Source: Tolumonas sp.
GTDB taxonomy: Bacteria; Pseudomonadota; Gammaproteobacteria; Enterobacterales; Aeromonadaceae
Reading direction: 5' to 3'
NCBI GenBank assembly: GCA_003251455.1
Contig: QKFI01000233.1
Location: forward strand, 1-50,099
DNA: 50,099 nt
Shown piece by piece: positions 47,532 through 50,099 of this stretch (position 1 is its first letter; each line of letters begins with the position of its first letter). A program made the translations under genes and the position numbers. The notes beneath the pieces are model-generated. The model was given only the letters and a program-made list of their open reading frames with translations, had not been told where the DNA came from and made no database searches.

Positions 47532-49806
47532 TTACATAGACTGAGTGAAGGTACGAGTAATTACGTCCTGTTGCTGTTCTTTAGTCAGTGAGTTGAAACG
47601 TACTGCGTAGCCAGATACACGGATAGTCAGCTGAGGATATTTCTCAGGATTTTCCATTGCATCTAACAGCATTTCACGGTTCATTACGTTCACGTTCAGG
47701 TGTTGACCACCTTCGATGTTTGATTCGTGGTGGAAGTAACCATCCATCAGACCAACCAGGTTCGCTTTCTGTGAATCAGCTTCTTTACCCAGTGCATTCG
47801 GAACGATAGAGAAGGTGTAAGAAATACCGTCTTTAGCGTAAGCAAATGGCAGTTTAGCAACTGAAGTCAGGGATGCTACCGCACCTTTCTGGTCACGACC
47901 GTGCATTGGGTTAGCACCTGGACCGAATGGAGCACCAGCGCGACGACCATCAGGAGTGTTACCAGTTTTCTTACCGTATACAACGTTAGAAGTAATAGTA
48001 AGAACTGACTGAGTTGGAATCGCATTACGGTAAGTTTTGCGATGCTGAACTTTCTTCATGAAGCGTTCAACCAGGTCACAAGCGATGCTGTCTACACGTT
48101 CATCGTTGTTACCGAATTGTGGGTATTCGCCTTCGATTTCGAAGTCAACAGCGATACCGTCTTCATCACGAACTGGTTTAACTTTCGCGTATTTGATAGC
48201 AGACAGAGAGTCAGCTGCAACAGACAGACCCGCAATACCACAAGCCATAGTACGGATTACGTCACGGTCATGCAGAGCCAGCTGAATTGCTTCGTAGCTG
48301 TATTTGTCATGCATGTAATGGATAATGTTCAGTGCTGTGACATACTGAGTAGCCAACCAGTCCATGAAGTGATCCAGACGATCCATAACTTCATTGTATT
48401 CAAGATATTCTGAAGTAATTGGTGCAGTTTTAGGACCAACCTGCAGTTTCATTTTTTCATCAACACCGCCGTTGATTGCATACAGCATGGTTTTCGCTAA
48501 GTTTGCGCGAGCACCAAAGAACTGCATTTGTTTACCAATAATCATTGGTGATACACAGCAAGCAATTGCGTAATCGTCGTTGTTGAAGTCATTGCGCATC
48601 AGGTCATCATTTTCATACTGAACTGAAGAGGTATCGATAGATACTTTTGCACAGTATTTTTTGAAGCCCATTGGCAGGTCTTCAGACCACAGAATTGTCA
48701 TGTTAGGCTCTGGTGAAGGGCCCATGGTATAAAGTGTGTTCAGGTAACGGAATGAGCTCTTAGTTACCAGAGTACGACCGTCAACACCCATACCACCCAG
48801 AGATTCTGTTGCCCAAATTGGGTCGCCAGAGAACAGTGTGTCATATTCAGGTGTACGCAGGAAACGAACCATACGCAGTTTCATGATCAGGTGATCAACG
48901 ATTTCCTGTGCTTCAGCTTCAGTGATCAGGCCTTTTTTCAGGTCACGTTCGAAGTAAACGTCTAAGAAAGTCGCTGTACGACCGAAAGACATTGCCGCGC
49001 CGTTCTGGCTCTTCACTGCGCCTAAGTAGCCGAAGTAAGTCCACTGAACAGCTTCTTGAGCTGTTGTCGCTGGGCCAGAAATGTCACAACCGTATTTAGC
49101 AGCCATTTCTTTCAGCTGAGCTAATGCACGGTGTTGTTCAGAGATTTCTTCACGCAGACGGATAGTCGCTTCTAAATCTTCACCCGCTTCTAATTTAGCT
49201 TGCAGAGATTTGAACTGAGCCAGTTTGTCTGCCATCAGGAAGTCGATACCGTACAGAGCAACACGACGGTAGTCACCGATGATACGACCACGACCATAAG
49301 CATCTGGCAGACCAGTGATAACGCCAGATTTACGGCAGTTCAGGATGTCTTTAGTGTAAACATCGAAAACGCCTTGGTTGTGAGTTTTACGGTATTCAGT
49401 GAAGATTTTTTTCACTTGTGGATCAAGTTGACGGCCATAAACTTGGCAAGAGCCTTCAACCATTTTGATACCACCAAATGCGATAATTGCACGTTTCAGT
49501 GGTTTTTCAGTTTGCAGACCAACGATTTTTTCCAAGTCTTTGTTGATGTAGCCAGCATCGTGAGAAGTGATGGTTGAAGCTACATCAGTATCGAAATCTA
49601 CAGGGGCATGAGTGCGGTTTTCTTCCTTGATGCCTTCCATAACCTGTTCCCACAGTTTAGCTGTCGCATCTGATTCGCCAGCCAGGAAGGATTCATCACC
49701 CTCATAAGGAGTGTAGTTAGATTGGATGAAATCGCGGGTATTTACGCCATGCGCCAGGAGCAAAACCTTCCCACGCTTTCAGACATTTTTCGCTTAACTC
49801 TGCCAT
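47532..49806 (-). pseudogene. pflB: pyruvate formate-lyase PflB, frameshifted at about 49746 (8 nt missing; probably an assembly error)
   Basis: True N-terminus [20 protein letters not shown] from ATG 49806; the body resumes at VNTRDFIQ in another frame. IACCVS and TIRVSGY are intact; 2275+8 nt gives 760 aa. Confidence 0.92.
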
Positions 49807-49874
49807 TTTTTCATTACCTCTTCGGTATTGATTTAAAAAAAGATCCGGGGTATCACATCAATTGGAAAAGCCAA

Positions 49875-50099
49875 TTAGTGATGACGGCGGAAAATGAACC
49901 AGTTTGTCAGACCTACCATGACACCGCCGCCAATGATATTACCGATAGTGACTGGGATCAGATTACTAAAAACAAAATTATGAATCGTTAAATCAGCAAA
50001 AGCAGATTGTTGAACACCAATTGCTTGCCAGAATTCTGGTGATGCAAAGTTTTCAATTGCGATTCCGACAGGAATCATGAACATATTTGCAATACTATG
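49875..50099 (-). CDS. focA: formate channel FocA (3' part; truncated by the window edge)
   Basis: HSIANMF and NLIPVTIGNIIGGG FNT signatures; lies directly upstream of pflB. Confidence 0.93.
   Translation of the reverse strand, partial: HSIANMFMIPVGIAIENFASPEFWQAIGVQQSAFADLTIHNFVFSNLIPVTIGNIIGGGVMVGLTNWFIFRRHH

Noticed and set aside
47532-49991. Antisense ORFs over pflB, and likewise over ackA, pta, pgm and ptsG
   Set aside because: These are expected by-products of strong codon bias in highly expressed genes; they have no independent coding evidence.

Overview
This is a core chromosomal segment of a fermentative gammaproteobacterium. Gene order and protein features suggest Aeromonadaceae, possibly Tolumonas-like (inference). 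In order it contains: the end of an rRNA operon (5S, tRNA-Thr), a small lipoprotein, a Tim44-domain gene, two tandem ptsG copies, ygfZ-sdhE-ygfX-nadB, rpoE-rseABC, lepA-lepB-rnc-era-recO-pdxJ, a fold-III ornithine/lysine decarboxylase, rlmJ-yheS, slyD, fur-fldA-ybfE-ybfF, seqA-pgm, sapABCDF, ycjXF, a CpxRA-like pair, tesA-ybbAP, yfcH, pta-ackA, yfbV and pflA-pflB-focA (partial). I saw no mobile elements, CRISPR arrays or defence islands, and I cannot support a new multi-gene system here. The most interesting signals are non-coding. (1) A three-DnaA-box cluster at 42377-42411 has the geometry of E. coli DARS elements, at a different locus. (2) A 27-codon Arg/Lys-rich uORF ends on the decarboxylase Shine-Dalgarno. 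(3) An AscG-like LacI operator occurs upstream of both a ptsG copy and seqA-pgm. (4) pspFABC is missing between sapA and ycjX, leaving a sigma32-like promoter. About eight short deletions (2-29 nt) hit conserved genes (ptsG, rnc, yheS twice, slyD, sapA, sapC, pflB). These are most simply explained as assembly or consensus errors.
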